Numbered from the stretch's first letter, positions 1 through 13,370 are shown. The stretch: DNA of 64,000 nt from Octopus sinensis (GCF_006345805.1 NC_043005.1:10478001-10542000), one strand, 5' to 3'. The notes: a model not told the origin generated them from the sequence alone. Translations and numbers: made by a program.

Positions 1-152
1 TTCCATTGCAAAACCGTTGTACTACACTTTGACAATTTTTGATATCTTGGCATCTGAGCAGCTTGCCAAATTTGGACATACAATAGTTTAACATAATAGT
101 AACAATATAAATGTCTCTCTCTCTCTCACTCTCTTCTCTGCTATATATATAT

Positions 153-192
<40 letters not shown>

Positions 193-471
193 ATGTAAGT
201 ATCACTATCTGTATATGTATGTGTGTGTGTGCATCTATACTCCTATGCATGAAGAGGTGTTTGTCTGCTACAAGCTTAGCTCCCAACTGATGCTAGCACT
301 CTTTTTCAGCTGAGTTAACTTGGGTATCATGAAATGAATTGCTTTGCTTATGAGCCCAACATACCACTCAGTCCAGGAATCAGCTCCGTGACCTTTTGAT
401 TTTAAGCCTAATATCCTAACCTCTAAGTTATTTGCCTTTGCTTTCTATCTGTCTGTCTCTCTCTGTATATA

Positions 472-504
<33 letters not shown>

Positions 505-574
505 ACAGATATATATATACTGAGAGAGACAATATATATATATATATATGCTAAGAGAGACAGTATATATATAT

Positions 575-625
575 ATTTCCGTAAACCTGCCTTCGTCTTT
601 TGTCTATTTTCATAAAGCTTCCCGT
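575..625. mobile_element. Fragment of the repeat family seen at 5100-5490 (Penelope-like, ribozyme-bearing)
   Basis: atttccgtaaacctgccttcgtcttttgtctattttcataaagcttcccgtta also occurs at about 5170-5223. Both copies abut (TA)n. Confidence 0.7.
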
Positions 626-685
626 TATATATATATATATATGTATGTATGTATGTATATATATATATATATAAATATGTATGTA

Positions 686-814
686 TTTCTTTATTACCCA
701 CAAGGGGCTAAACACAGAGGGGACAAACAAGGACAGACATAGGTATTAAGTCGATTACATCGACCCCAGTGCATAACTGGTACTTAATTTATCGACCCCG
801 AAAGGATGAAAGGC
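686..814 (-). mobile_element. SINE family E, 5'-truncated copy (Meta-domain-like core)
   Basis: Reverse complement matches the plus-strand copy at 35292-35520 (gcctttcatcctttcggggtcgataaattaagtaccag ... agccccttgtgggtaataaagaaa). The Meta-domain label is from recalled consensus and is unverified. Confidence 0.75.
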
Positions 815-1231
815 ATATATACATATATATATATATACATATATACATACATATATATATACATACATACAACATATACATACATACATACATACACATA
901 CCTACATATATACATACAACAACATACTATATATACATACATACATATTATATATATATATATAATATAATATATTATATATATATATACATACATATAT
1001 ATATATATTATACATATACATACATACATGTATATGTATTATATTATATGTATGTATAATATATATATATATATATATATATTATATCTATATTATATTA
1101 TATATATATGTATGTATGTATGTATATATATGTATGTATGTATGTATATATGTATGTATGTATGTATTATATGTATGTATGTTATATATATATGTATGTA
1201 TTATGTTATATATATATTATGTATATGTATA

Positions 1232-1276
<45 letters not shown>

Positions 1277-1410
1277 GTACGTATGTATGTGTGTCTATAT
1301 AATGTGTGTGTATATATGTATGTATATCTGTATATATATATATATATATATTATATTATATATACAGTGTGTGTGTGTATATATTATATATACACACATA
1401 CACACGCACA
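815..1410. repeat. Large compound (TA)n/(TACA)n/(TATG)n microsatellite
   Basis: About 600 bp of near-pure TA, TACA and TATG repeats. Source of the Y/I/M/C-rich ORFs in this interval. Confidence 0.95.
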
Positions 1411-3530
1411 TATCAATCTCTAAATAATTAATGACAACCACTTTCGATTTTATAACATAAGAGATTAATTATATTTGTCTTTTGTTATGTTCATTATGAA
1501 TATTCACAATTCAGTTTAGAATATTTATCGAAATAGTATCTAATGGTTAACTGACTTAACGAATGCAGGATTAATGAAAATCAGCCACAGTAACCTATCA
1601 TTGTCCAATTATTCCCATCCTTACCAGTCTTTCTTGCCGCTTCTACTGCCACTCTAATGCAGATATGGAACAAGTATTATGGCTGTTGTCAATTTTATTT
1701 TGTGATAAATGTGATAAATTTCACCTACCATATATTCTGTTTATTACTATGATATATTTTATTCAACCAAGTAATATATTTGTGAAAAATTAACACCACA
1801 TTCACCACCATAACTGAAAATAAAAGTGGCCGGGTACCATAAATGTCTCTATCACATTATAGTCTATCACTCATAATTTAAGGTAAAAAGTAGGTCATAT
1901 TTAGAATTATTCTTTCCATTATATAAAGATAATTGTCTTTTTCTTGCAAAAAATGAAAATATAATAAATTTGGCATTTAATTTTGTGTTAAATTTCTATT
2001 TCAAAATTGGAGTGTATGTTAAGATTAAATAGTTTATTTCACTTGGTATGAAGTTTCTAATCTCTCTCACTCCCTCTCTCCCTTTCCCCTCTCTCTCTCT
2101 CTCTCCCTGTCTCTCTCTCTGTTTTTTTGAAAATCAAAATAGATATTTTGTAATTACAATATCAATGAATACTTGCACTATGATAGATATTACCCTGTAT
2201 TTTACAAATTCATCATCATTAAGTAGAATTAATTGTAATTGTGTGATCATTATGTTTTATTTAATTATGCTCTCCATACAGGTAAATCAGTCAAAGTCAA
2301 ACTCAAAAATATTGATTTATAATTGATAACTAAGGTGACCATCACGTGCATGCACACACGCACACGTTCTCTCACACCACGCACACACACACACAACACA
2401 CACACACACACACACACTCATTTACACATACACTCAGACATATGTATGTATACACATGCATCCAAAACCTCTCTGCATGGTGGCAGATCATAAATCATCA
2501 TTAATGTTGTCGTATATGTATCATTTTATTTAATATATGATGGGGTGTATTTATTTAAGGCAATAACCATATCAAGCTTAATATTTTTATACATTTTTCA
2601 TCAATGATAGATTTGATGAACTTGTAAATTACAGGTATTCAAGAGATGTTTTTACAGTATAAGAAGTATTGCTAAATCAAAAATGATTAACTGCTTCATG
2701 ACAGCACCAAATTTTAAGCATGTAAAATAGTAGAAAGACTACAGCAATGACTGCTACACTAAAGTATGAGCATGGATTGTCTGTGCATTAAGTAGTAGCA
2801 GTAGTAAGACTAAAAAGGCGACCAATACAAAACAATATACCACAGTGAATGTATTGATGGAAATATACATCTTGAACTCTCGCTTTAGTGCATTTAATAT
2901 AAAAATTATAGTTCTAACCATGATGCTTTAATTTAACAATGCATATCCGAAATGCTTCAGAAATGCTACTCGTTCAAGTAAAATTTTCTTTTACAACATT
3001 AAAAAAAAATTGATGATGTTTTTATTGATTTGAATAAAATAGAAGGAAAATAATATAATGATTGAAGTTTAAAAACATAACTTCTCCTTAATCTAATCTG
3101 AGGACATTGTGAAAATAAATTCCTTTGAAGTAGCTATTTAATAAGTGATGCTAAGGACAGCTTTAATTTATGTATTATTCAATTATATAAATATCACTGA
3201 TTTATATGTTGTCCTTAGCTCCAGGACAACATACAGACCATGAATACTGTAATATGTTAATATTACTCTGAAGGAATACTGTAGTATGTCTATAGTTTTG
3301 TAGCTGTGTTCGTAATGAAGCACACTACTTGTGTATTTCAAATAATTTCAAGAATAATCTAGAATTTGAATGATTTTAATAAAATTAAATGAATTTGCTA
3401 TAATTAAGTTGGTGCTTGAAACATAATTTAGCAAAGAGATTTGGCATAAATTTATGAAGAAATGTTTTAATCTAAATAGGAACATCTAAATGAGGTGTTT
3501 TGTAACAGAGGTGGTCTTGGGTAGGTTGGT

Positions 3531-3946
3531 ATACTCTTACTCTTTTACTCTTTTACTTGTTTCAGTCATTTGACTGCAGCCAGGCTGGAGCACCGCCTTT
3601 AGTCGAGCATATCGACCCCAGGACTTATTCTTTGTAAGCCCAGTACTTATTCTATCGGTCTCTTTTGCCGAACCGCTAAGTGACAGGAACGTAAACACAC
3701 CAGCATCGGTTGTCAAGCAATGCTAGGGGGACAAACACACAAACATATACACACACATACGTATATATATATATATATACATATATACGACAGGCTTCTT
3801 TCAGTTTCTGTCTACCAAATCCACTCACAAGGCATTGGTCGGCCCGGGGCTATAGCAGAAGACACTTGCCCAAGATGCCACACAGTGGGACTGAACCCGG
3901 AACCATGTGGTTGGTAAGCAAGCTACTTACCACACAGCCACTCCTG
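3531..3946 (-). mobile_element. SINE family A (tRNA-like head, CORE-like cttgggcaagtgtctt, internal TA/TG microsatellite, (agtaaaag)n tail)
   Basis: Reverse complement of the family A consensus seen in more than 10 copies in the window. A-box-like tggctgtgtggt and B-box-like ggttcagtccc. Confidence 0.9.
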
Positions 3947-4413
3947 GTATAAAAGCATTTAATATAAATAGCTACTTGGATATATACATAAATACACATA
4001 CACATGTACACAGACACATACACGCAGATACAAACAGGCACACACTGCACAGACATGTGTACAGAGAGATGGATAAATAGATATCATCTACTATCATCGT
4101 CATCATCATTATCATGTTCATCTTTCTATGCTAGCATAGATTGGAAGGGTCTTCACAGCCCAAGTTGTCTCTCATTGAGAGTTACAGCTTACGATGACTA
4201 GGTACTCATAAGTAAAATTTAGTTTGGTTTCTGTGACTGGATGCCCTTCTTAATGTTAAACACTTCACAGAGTGTGCAGTGTGCATGCACTTATGCCATT
4301 ATCACAAAAGAAGTTGATTAGTCCTTAATGATACAGGACTAGAAAGACCTCATAACTTTACACTTTCAATGCTGATTTGGCCAATCACTTTACTTTACAG
4401 TGTGAAGAGTAAA

Positions 4414-4578
4414 GGCGCAGGAGTGGCTGTGTGGTAAGTAGCTTGCTAACCAACCACATGGTTCCGGGTTCAGTCCCACTGCGTGGCATCTTGGGCAAGT
4501 GTCTTCTGCTATAGCCCCGGGCCGACCAATGCCTTGTGAGTGGATTTGGTAGACGGAAACTGAAAGAAGCTTGTTGTG

Positions 4579-4619
<41 letters not shown>

Positions 4620-4811
4620 TTGTGTGTCTGTGTTTGTCCCCCTAGCATTGCTTGACAACCGATGCTGGTGTGTTTACGTCCCTGTCACTTAGCGGTTCGG
4701 CAAAAGAGACCGATAGAATAAGTACTCGACTAAAGGCGGTGTTCCAGCATGGCCGCAGTCAAATGACTGAAACAAGTAAAAGAGTAAAAGAGAGAGTAAG
4801 AGTAAAGAGTA
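4414..4811 (+). mobile_element. SINE family A, full length
   Basis: ggcgcaggagtggctgtgtggtaag ... caaatgactgaaacaagtaaaagag. Flanked by aagagtaaag, a TSD resembling the tail. Confidence 0.9.
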
Positions 4812-5099
4812 GATGAAGTGGGGCGAGCTTGTACACAGGTAAATGTGAATCTGGAAAGAGAAAGATGATAGAACAACCACACTGAAGGGGATGGAATGAT
4901 TATTGCAGAGTTAGGAATATAGGAGTGAATGTAGTCATAGAAAGTTCTAGACAGATTAGAGCATATGATCAGAAAGGGGATTTGGAAAAATAGAAGATAA
5001 AGCACTATGATATGCAAAGAATTGAGGTCAGCACCAAGCATATGAGTGTGTGTGTGTGTGTGTGTGTGTATAATAATAATGATAAGAGGTGACAATTAA

Positions 5100-5221
5100 A
5101 AGACTGAGACCTCGATATTAGGTAAATAGAGGATTATTGTTTGTATTCCACCTGCCTTCGTCTTTTGTTTATTTCCGTAAACCTGCCTTCGTCTTTTGTC
5201 TATTTTCATAAAGCTTCCCGT

Positions 5222-5252
<31 letters not shown>

Positions 5253-5490
5253 AAAGTTAATCCAAACAAGAAAACACAAAAAAAACCCCCACAAAAAAAC
5301 ACAAAAAAAAACACAGCAACGCGAGGACGTGGAACAAATAAAGTATTATTGGACGCTCAGGAAAGAAGGGAAGAAGGAGGGTTTAACGTTTCGAGCGGAG
5401 CTCTTCGTCGGAAACAAGGAGAAGGAAATATCCCGAGAAGGGAAAACAGAGGAAAAAAATCACCAGTGGTACTCACGAAGTCACATTTAC
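5100..5490 (-). mobile_element. Penelope-like non-autonomous repeat with internal (TA)n and a hammerhead motif
   Basis: Shares a segment with 575-625, has an internal direct repeat (acctgccttcgtcttttgt x2) and carries the hammerhead-like fold at 5381-5415. PLE assignment is inferred from the ribozyme type. Confidence 0.5.
5381..5415 (-). ncRNA. Minimal type I hammerhead ribozyme motif, U4C core variant
   Basis: Minus strand reads GUUU-CCGACGA-A-GAGC(UCC)GCUC-GAA-ACGU-U-AAAC. Stem I 4 bp, stem II 4 bp, palindromic stem III. Confidence 0.65.
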
Positions 5491-5611
5491 CCACACATAT
5501 GCACATACACACATATGGTTGTGTGTGTGTGTATATATACATATCATTACTCAATGTCCTAGTTCCATAATGTTTTAGGTTGCGTGCTTTGGCATAGATA
5601 GATAGATAAAT

Positions 5612-5642
<31 letters not shown>

Positions 5643-6046
5643 TAATAGTAGTTATAATTATGTTATTAATACATATGTAGGGCTCAAGTCTGGCAATAGC
5701 AGTAGGACTCATAATGCTGAAGAACCCGGTTTCCATGGCATTTTAGTAACTGAGATTACGACACACCCCACTGAATGGGATACAGATCCATTGCAGTGTT
5801 AACACCACTCCCCACCACTATTGCTGGTACTCATTTTTAGCTGAGTGGACAGGAGCAATGTGAAATGAAGTGGTTTTGCTGAAGGCCACAATGCACCACC
5901 TAGTCCAGGGATCTTACGATTGTGAGTGCAATGCCCAAACCAGTAAGTCCTGCAGCTTCATAGTATATGTAAAATATATATAAAAAGATATATTAATATA
6001 TATAAATATATCTTTACATAATATATACAAATAGTGTATATACAGA

Positions 6047-6383
6047 GGTGCAGGAGTGGCTGTGTGGTAAGTAGCTTGCTAACCAGCCACATGGTTCCGG
6101 GTACAGTCCCACTGTGTGGCATCTTGGGCAAGTGTCTTCTGCTAAAGCCCCGGGCCGACCAATGCCTTGTGAGTGGATTTGGTAGACGGAAACTGAAAGA
6201 AGCCTGTTGTATATATGTATATATCATCATCATCATCATCATCATCGTTTAGCGTCCGCTTTCCATGCTAGCATGGGTTGGACAGTTCAACTGGGGTCTG
6301 GGAAGCCAGAAGGCTGCACCAGGCCCAGTCTGATCTGGCAATGTTTCTACGGCTGGATGCCCTTCCTAACACCAACCACTCCA

Positions 6384-6423
<40 letters not shown>

Positions 6424-6641
6424 TTGTGTTTGTGTGTCTGTGTTTGTCCCCCTAGCATTGCTTGACAACCGATGCTGGTGTGTTTACATCCCCCGTCACT
6501 TAGCGGTTCAGCAAAAGAGACCGATAGAATAAGTACTGGGCTTACAAAGAATAAGTCCCGGGGTCGATTTGCTCGACTAAAGGCAGTGCTCCAGCATGGC
6601 CGCAGTCAAATGACTGAAACAAGTAAAAGAGTAAAAGAGTA
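6047..6641 (+). mobile_element. SINE family A interrupted by an RTE 3'-end insertion
   Basis: Head and CORE at 6047-6222 and 3' half at 6385-6641. The RTE tail sits in the internal (TA)n tract. Confidence 0.85.
6224..6383 (-). mobile_element. 5'-truncated RTE LINE 3' end with (GAT)n tail
   Basis: Reverse complement of the 3' UTR that follows the RTE ORF end at 58816-59480. Confidence 0.85.
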
Positions 6642-7902
6642 TACAATATATATAGTATCGCATCATTATTTACAGCCCTTTTACCATACTGGCATGGGTT
6701 GCATGGTTCAGCAGGAAAAGGCAGGTCAGAAGGCTGCACCAGGTTCTATGTCTGCTAGATGTCCTTCGTAATGTTGACTTAAGAGTGTACTGGGTGCTTT
6801 TTATGTGGCACTAGTACCAGTGACATCACCAAGTACCCACATGACAAGGCCCATCAACTGAATGTGCTATTAAATAGAAGGATAGGAGCAAGTGTCTTGC
6901 TGAAGAGGTGAATAGATAGCTTGTTCACCTGAAAAGAGAGAGAAAGTGATGTGAGGAACAGGTACATAGTGAATATGAGACAGAATAGGATATAGAACCA
7001 GAAAAGGTGGATGTGTAGGTAAGTTCACTGAGTGACTGATGATTAGAGATAGGGACTGCATGGTTCTTTGGGCAAGTGTCTTCTACAATAGCCCTGCTCC
7101 AACTGAGGCTTTTTGGGTTGATTTGGTGGAGAGAATCCCATCTTTCTCTCTCTCTCACTCTTTCTCTCTCTATCTAACACACAGAGATAGGTGAGTTTAT
7201 GTTACTGTTCCCTTACCTTGAACGTGATAGTTGTAATCAAGTGTCACCATCGTGCTGGTGGTATCCTTTGTTTCCTATCTTCTTATATATATTTTGTCAT
7301 TGGGAAATATTACTTTTCTTGCAAACACATGAGGGTTGGTGACAGGAAGTGCAACCATCTATAGAAAATCCCCCTCAACAAATTCCATTTGAATCATGCA
7401 AGAATGGCACTCATATTTTAATGATTAAATATGAGTTATTGTATAAAAGAAAATGAAAAAAAGTTGTAACATCACCTGTAAGATTTGAATGCTGCATTTA
7501 CTCTAAGCTGTATATTTTTTCTAACCAAAATGTCATAAACAACATTGGCATCACTCCAGGGCATTCAAGAAAATCTGTTTCCCATTTGTCCTTAGTGTTT
7601 CTTGGTCTTGTGCTTCTGCTACAGACAAAATTTACTTTCTGTGTCAACTTTCCTGTGATCCCGATGAACCTTTCATGTTGTACTTGGCTTTTGTAAATCT
7701 TGAGAAAGCCTACAATAAGATTTCTTTCTTGATCTAATGATCACAATGAAAACTAAGAATACCTGGAGAGGGCCGTCCTAACCATAAGTAGAGGTGCTGT
7801 TAGTAAGCTGGGAGTTAATGAGAACCACAACAAATTTATTGTGTTAGTAGGAGTTCACAAGAGCTTCACTCTCAGTGCCTCACTATTTATCATTGTCTTT
7901 TG

Positions 7903-9932
7903 TTATTTCCTCCATTTGCTCTTTGTCGTATGTGCATTATAACACTTCACATCAAGCAGAATATACAAGCTTCATTCTTTTCTAGCTTTTTAATGTCTTC
8001 TGCATTTAGGGTTCATGTCTTGCTACCGTGTTGCATTACTGTTTGTCCACAAGTATACAATTTGCTTTTCTTTTTCGCAAGAAAGAACTTTTGTTATCAA
8101 CAGAGGTAATAATTCTCTTAACTTTCTCCATTTGGTTCTCCTTCTAGCAACTATCTTTTGAGAACATCTTCCACTGCTGATTAGGTCACCTAAGTAGCAG
8201 AAACTAGCTACTATCGCCAGTAAATCTTCTAGGCATTCAAGGGAATCTGTTTCTCTCTGTGTTCTTAGTGGTTATTGCTTTTGTACATTTGCCACAAAGT
8301 CTGCTTTCTCTGTAACCTTCTTATGATCCAACTGCACCTCTTGTTTGTCCATAGCTTGCACTGAATACACTTTATGGAACTTCTGCATACACCTTTCTAT
8401 ATAAGGTGTGGAGCTATTTTCCTGAAGGGAGAAGAGTCTTATGTGTTTTCCTGCTGACTAGAAGTTTGATTTTTCTCTAAGTTAATTCTAAGCCCCTTTC
8501 ATTCCAGGTTTTGCTTTCACACCTGGAATTAATTTTCTTAATCTGTTTCAGATTCCACTATAAGAATGGTTATCAGTATATAGTAGTTCACAAAACGGCT
8601 ACCAGTCTTTAATTTCTGTTATGGCTGGAAGGATTATGATGGAAAGGATGGGACCAAGCACCAATCCTGGTGAACTCCTATCTTTACGTTGAATCTGTTT
8701 CTGTACTTGTAAACACACATCTTACTGACACCATCCCTGTCAATACGTAGCTTCCTCAGAGACCAGTAGATCGCAACATCAGGAAGCCTGTAAAAATCTT
8801 TCTCTAGATCATTGAATGCAAGGTACAATTGTTTTATGTGAGCTAAATACTTTTCCTGAAGTTGTCTTACAAGAAAGAGGGTATCGCTAGTACTTATCTT
8901 TGACACAAAATCAATCTGTATCTTATCTAATCTGATTCTCTTCCTAATTAATTGGGCTATAATTTTTTTGGTAACTTTTGTGACCTGGTTCAACAATTTT
9001 ATACCTCTGTAATTACATCTCAGACATCTCCTTTATCCCTATAACAGTTGACTTTAATGCTGCTATGCCAGTTTGTGTATAACATCTTCCTGTATGACCT
9101 GATTAACTATATGAATGACTAGGCCATATTCCACACTGGCAGATATTTCAAGCATCTCAGTGATGCTTCTTGATGGGCTAGTGGCTTTCTCCACCTTCAT
9201 ATCCTTAATTGCCTTATCAGTAACACTACTGTTGATAGCTGGTCCCTCTGTTGGGTTCATATTGGAAAGACCCTCTTTCTCTCATGGATTGGCCATATTT
9301 AATAGCCTTTATAGTAGCAATTTCATGCTTCTTTCTTCTCAGCATCACTGTCTGCAAGTGTACCATTATTCATCCACACACTTCTCACCCACATCTTGGA
9401 CCCTCAAGTCTCTTTGATACAGTTTTCCAATCTGGAACACTATATGCCTCAGAGCCTCTCACTTTAAAACTTTGGCAAACCTTTTCCTTTCTAATTCTTC
9501 CATTGCTATGTACACCTCTTCTAGCTCCCTGATATAATTCTTTCATGCCTTCATTTTTCTAGTGTTTCCATTTCTGACTCTTTGCTTTAATGGCTCTGTT
9601 TACCTCACTATTCCGCCACTGTGTCACCTTTGATCTGGCTAGAACTTTGCACAAGCCTCTGATTTGCTCCATTGCTCTCAGCGGGTTGTCATGTCGGAGC
9701 TTCTAGTTCTCCTCTGAGTTATATACATCCTTATCATCTCCTCTTTTTCAAATGCACCAACTATTACTTCTCTAAATTTATGACTGTTCACTGTACATTT
9801 ATGCTTCCATAATTTTCTTTTCCACACTGGTTTGTGTCTCTGAGTCCTTTAAACTCTATATCTGAAATCACTAACCATTAAACAATGGTGGGTTCTACAT
9901 TTTTCACCTATGTAGGACTTTGCATTCACAAG
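7903..9932 (-). pseudogene. Decayed RTE-clade LINE ORF (endonuclease end, RT, C-terminal region)
   Basis: ORF track pieces KAIKDMKVEKATSPS..EMLEISA and TSDTLFLVRQLQEKYLAHIKQLYLAFNDLEKDFYRLP..KIGVHQD match the RTE RT motifs TxDAIFxVRQLQEK, LYLAFVDLEKAFDRVP and VGVHQG. Many stops and frameshifts. Rearranged RTE bits continue at about 7560-7900. Confidence 0.9.
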
Positions 9933-10521
9933 CATACATACAGACATACAAACATACATATATACATACATACATATACACACACACATGTGCATGCATA
10001 TATATATATGTATATATATGTATGAATATATCTATCTATATATATATATACACACACACATATACAAGTACATACATACATATGTATGTATGTGTATAAC
10101 TGTGTACGTATATGTGCATGTACATATGTGTATTACTTATACAGTATTGGTCTCATAACAACTGATTCATATTACCAAATGGTTTGATGTTAAAGAACAT
10201 TCCAAGTATAAAAATGTAAATTTAGGGAGATCAGACATGACAGAAAGCATGAATGTAGGTTGGTGTCTTTTTTACTTGAGATCTGAAAATGCGACATTTC
10301 ATTTATGAGTTGGAGTGATGTCAAAAAGAAAACTGGGATGAAACTCGGGGATGAAAAAACACAGTCAACATCCACATCATTGAATATATATAAATGGCTT
10401 CTTTTTTTTTTTACTTGAGCAAAACTTATTGGACAACTATATACATTCAAACAGGGGTACATCAGCATGGCCACCGCAGCTCTGAGATGAAACTACAGAG
10501 GAAAAAAATTTATCTGCCTAA

Positions 10522-10614
<93 letters not shown>

Positions 10615-10616
10615 CA

Positions 10617-10670
<54 letters not shown>

Positions 10671-10671
10671 C

Positions 10672-11517
10672 TTTGATACTTTGATACTTTGATAGGTTTC
10701 GGCCATTATTGGCCCAGGCCATGTCTAACTTAATAGCACCACCTGGTGAAGTCTTTCAAGTCAGAATTTGGGCACTATGGCCCACTCAAGTAGAGAGTTA
10801 TTGTTTACAGAGACATATCCGGGTGTAGGGGGTTTATCCGGGATTTCTTGAAGGAATCTGTCCAAAGACTTCTTGAACCCTATAGGGTCAGTTTCTGTTT
10901 TAATGTGTTTTGGTGTAATGTAAAGAGAGCGGGGCCAATTGAGGTGAAATAATTGTGCCGTATTGTTGTTATGAGATGAGAGTGCGATTTTTGTTTTGGG
11001 CGGATGGCACGGGGCCCAAGCCTTGGATGTACCTTAAAGGTGATGCCAACATCATTTGGGCAATGCTGATGGAATATTTTCCACATCATGCAGATGATGT
11101 AGCGCTCACGACGACGTTGGAGAGAATAGAGTTTTAGCTTTTCTAGTCGACCCCAATAGTCGAGGCCTGTCATGCCATCTATCTTTTTTGTGATTGCCCT
11201 TTGAGGTGCTTCAACTTTTATGATACCTTGTATTGTGTGGGGAGACCACAGTGGACAACAGTATTCAAGGTGGGGTCGGGCAAAAGTGGAGAAGAGAAGG
11301 ATAATGGTGTGGATATCTCTCGACTGGAAAGTTCTGAGAATCCAGGAACACATTCTGCGGGCCATGTCAACTTTGGTGTTTATATGAGTGGCCCAGCTTA
11401 TGTTGTTGTCCACAATTACTCCCAAGTCTCTGATGTTGTTGGACGCCGCGAGAGTTTCACCTGAAGGAAGGGAGTATGGGAGTTTCAGGGCATCCTCTTT
11501 TCCAAAGTGGATTAGCT
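10672..11517 (-). mobile_element. CR1-group LINE 3' end (RT C-terminus, 3' UTR, (TATCAAAG)n tail)
   Basis: 181-aa ORF (R)DLGVIVDNNISWATHI..RPHLEYCCPLWSPH..LEKLKLYSLQRRRERY is typical of the CR1/L2-group RT end. 8-bp tandem tail ctttgata x3 at 10672-10695. Confidence 0.9.
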
Positions 11518-11598
11518 CAAATATATATAAAGATAGATAGATTTATACGTATGTGTAGATAGATATAGACATATATGATGTGTATGTATGTGTGTGTA

Positions 11599-11697
<99 letters not shown>

Positions 11698-11719
11698 TAT
11701 ATATTATATATATATATAT

Positions 11720-11790
11720 TTATTATATAGAAGGAGCTTCTACAGGACTAGAACAGTTCTAGTCCTGTAGAAGCTCCTTCTATATAATAA
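11720..11790. repeat. Perfect 35-bp inverted repeat with 1-nt spacer
   Basis: ttattatatagaaggagcttctacaggactagaac-a-gttctagtcctgtagaagctccttctatataataa. Confidence 0.95.
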
Positions 11791-11857
11791 ATTAATTTAC
11801 TCTGCTATGTATTGAGTACCTTATTTACTGTGGTTAACCCCGACTCAACCCGGGACC

Positions 11858-11897
<40 letters not shown>

Positions 11898-11914
11898 TAG
11901 ATAGATAGATAGAC

Positions 11915-11960
<46 letters not shown>

Positions 11961-12219
11961 ACAGGTGTATTTATATATCTTTTATTTTTTACAAGTTACA
12001 GTCATTAGATTCTAGCACTGCCTTGAAGAATTTTTAGTCGAATCTATCAGCTCCAGTACTTAGTTTTTTTTAAAGTCTGGTTACTTATTCTATCAATTTA
12101 TTTTGCCAAACCTCTAAGTTACAGGGATGTAAACACACTATCACTGGTTGTCAAGTGGTGGTGGGACAACAGAGACACAATGACATACATTCATATATAT
12201 ACTTGTGTATGTGTGAATG

Positions 12220-12510
12220 TGCATGGCTAAGTGGTTGGGATGTTGTGCTCACAACTGTGTGATCATGGGTTTGATACCCAGACTGGATGTTGCATTGTGT
12301 TGTTGAGCAAAGCACTTCATTTCATGTTGCTCTGTGATCGTTTCATCATCTGACATGTGGTACATGGTGTGCCTGTACAGGTCATGTCGATATGATGGAG
12401 GGAGTGAGCTTAGGTGAACACAACCATTTGATCACTATAAACAAATCATCTGTGTGGTTGATGGGAAACTGCTGAACCCTCATTCATCATCCAACACTGG
12501 GAGAGTTCAT
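12220..12510 (+). mobile_element. Old degenerate tRNA/CORE-type SINE
   Basis: gcatggctaagtggtt A-box-like start and ttgagcaaagcacttcatttcatgttgctc CORE-like segment, similar to 13030. Confidence 0.5.
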
Positions 12511-12570
12511 GGTATATAGACACATATTCGGTGGGCCTCTTTCAGTTTCCATCTGCCAAATCCATGCTTT

Positions 12571-13001
12571 ATGAGTGGATTTGTTAGATGGAAAGTGAAA
12601 GAAGCTCATTGTGTGTATATATATATAATATATATATTATATATATATATATGTATGTATGTGTGTGTGTATGTGTATATATATATATATATATGTGTGT
12701 ATATATATATATGTATGTGTGTGTGTATATATACATATATATTATATAATGTGTGTGTGTATATATGTATATATGTATGTATATAAATGTATGTGTGTGT
12801 TTTCCCCCACCCCAATCGCTTGACAACTAATGCTGGTGTGTTTATGTCCCTGTAACTTAGTGGTTCAGCCAAAGAGACCAATAGAATAAGTGCTAGGCTA
12901 ACAAGGAATAAGTAAGTCCTGGGGTCGATTTGCTCAACTAAAGGTGGTGCTCCAGCATGTCTACAGTCAAATGACTGAAACAAGTAAAAGAATAAAAGAA
13001 T
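12571..13001 (+). mobile_element. SINE family A, headless diverged copy with expanded microsatellite
   Basis: gagtggatttgttagatgg ... caaatgactgaaacaagtaaaagaataaaag. Confidence 0.8.
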
Positions 13002-13029
13002 ATATACATGATATTATATGATATACCCA

Positions 13030-13370
13030 GTGAAGGCGCATGGCTCAGTGGTTAGAGCATCGAGCTTACGATCGTGAGGTTGTGAGCTCGAATCCCGGAC
13101 CAGGCTGCGTGTTGTGTTCTCGAGCAAAACACTTTATTTCACGTTGCTCCAGTTCACTCAGCTGTAGAAATGAGTTGCGACGTCACAGGTGCCAAGCTGT
13201 ATCGACCTTTGTCTTTCCATTGGATAACACTGGCGGCGTGGAGAGGAGAGGCCGGTATGCATGGGCGACTACTGGTCTTCCATAAAAAACAACCTTGCCC
13301 GGACTTGTGTCTAGGAGGGTAACTTTCTAGGTGCAATCCCATGGTCATTCATGACCGAAGGGGGTCTTTT
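13030..13370 (+). mobile_element. SINE family D (tRNA-like head + CORE-like + tail X)
   Basis: ggcgcatggctcagtggttagagc A box, gagctcgaatccc B box and ttgtgttctcgagcaaaacactttatttcacgttgctccag CORE-like domain. Confidence 0.8.

Noticed and set aside
423-1427. Many Y/I/H/T/M/C/V-rich ORFs (also 11.6k, 12.6k, 46.7-47.5k, 50.9k, 59.3-59.8k)
   Set aside because: Translations of TA/TG/TACA microsatellites that happen to lack stop codons.
3710-4648. Recurring ORFs such as MSSNARGTN.., ..RHLPKMPHSGTEPGTMWLVSKLLTTQPLL and [21 protein letters not shown]..
   Set aside because: They recur wherever SINE family A or the RTE 3' UTR is inserted, vary in frame and stops, and are not a gene family.
13030-13105. 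tRNA genes at SINE heads (also 14678, 17912, 23240, 35292, 54573)
   Set aside because: A/B boxes are present, but I could not form an acceptor stem or a full cloverleaf, and each continues into a SINE body.
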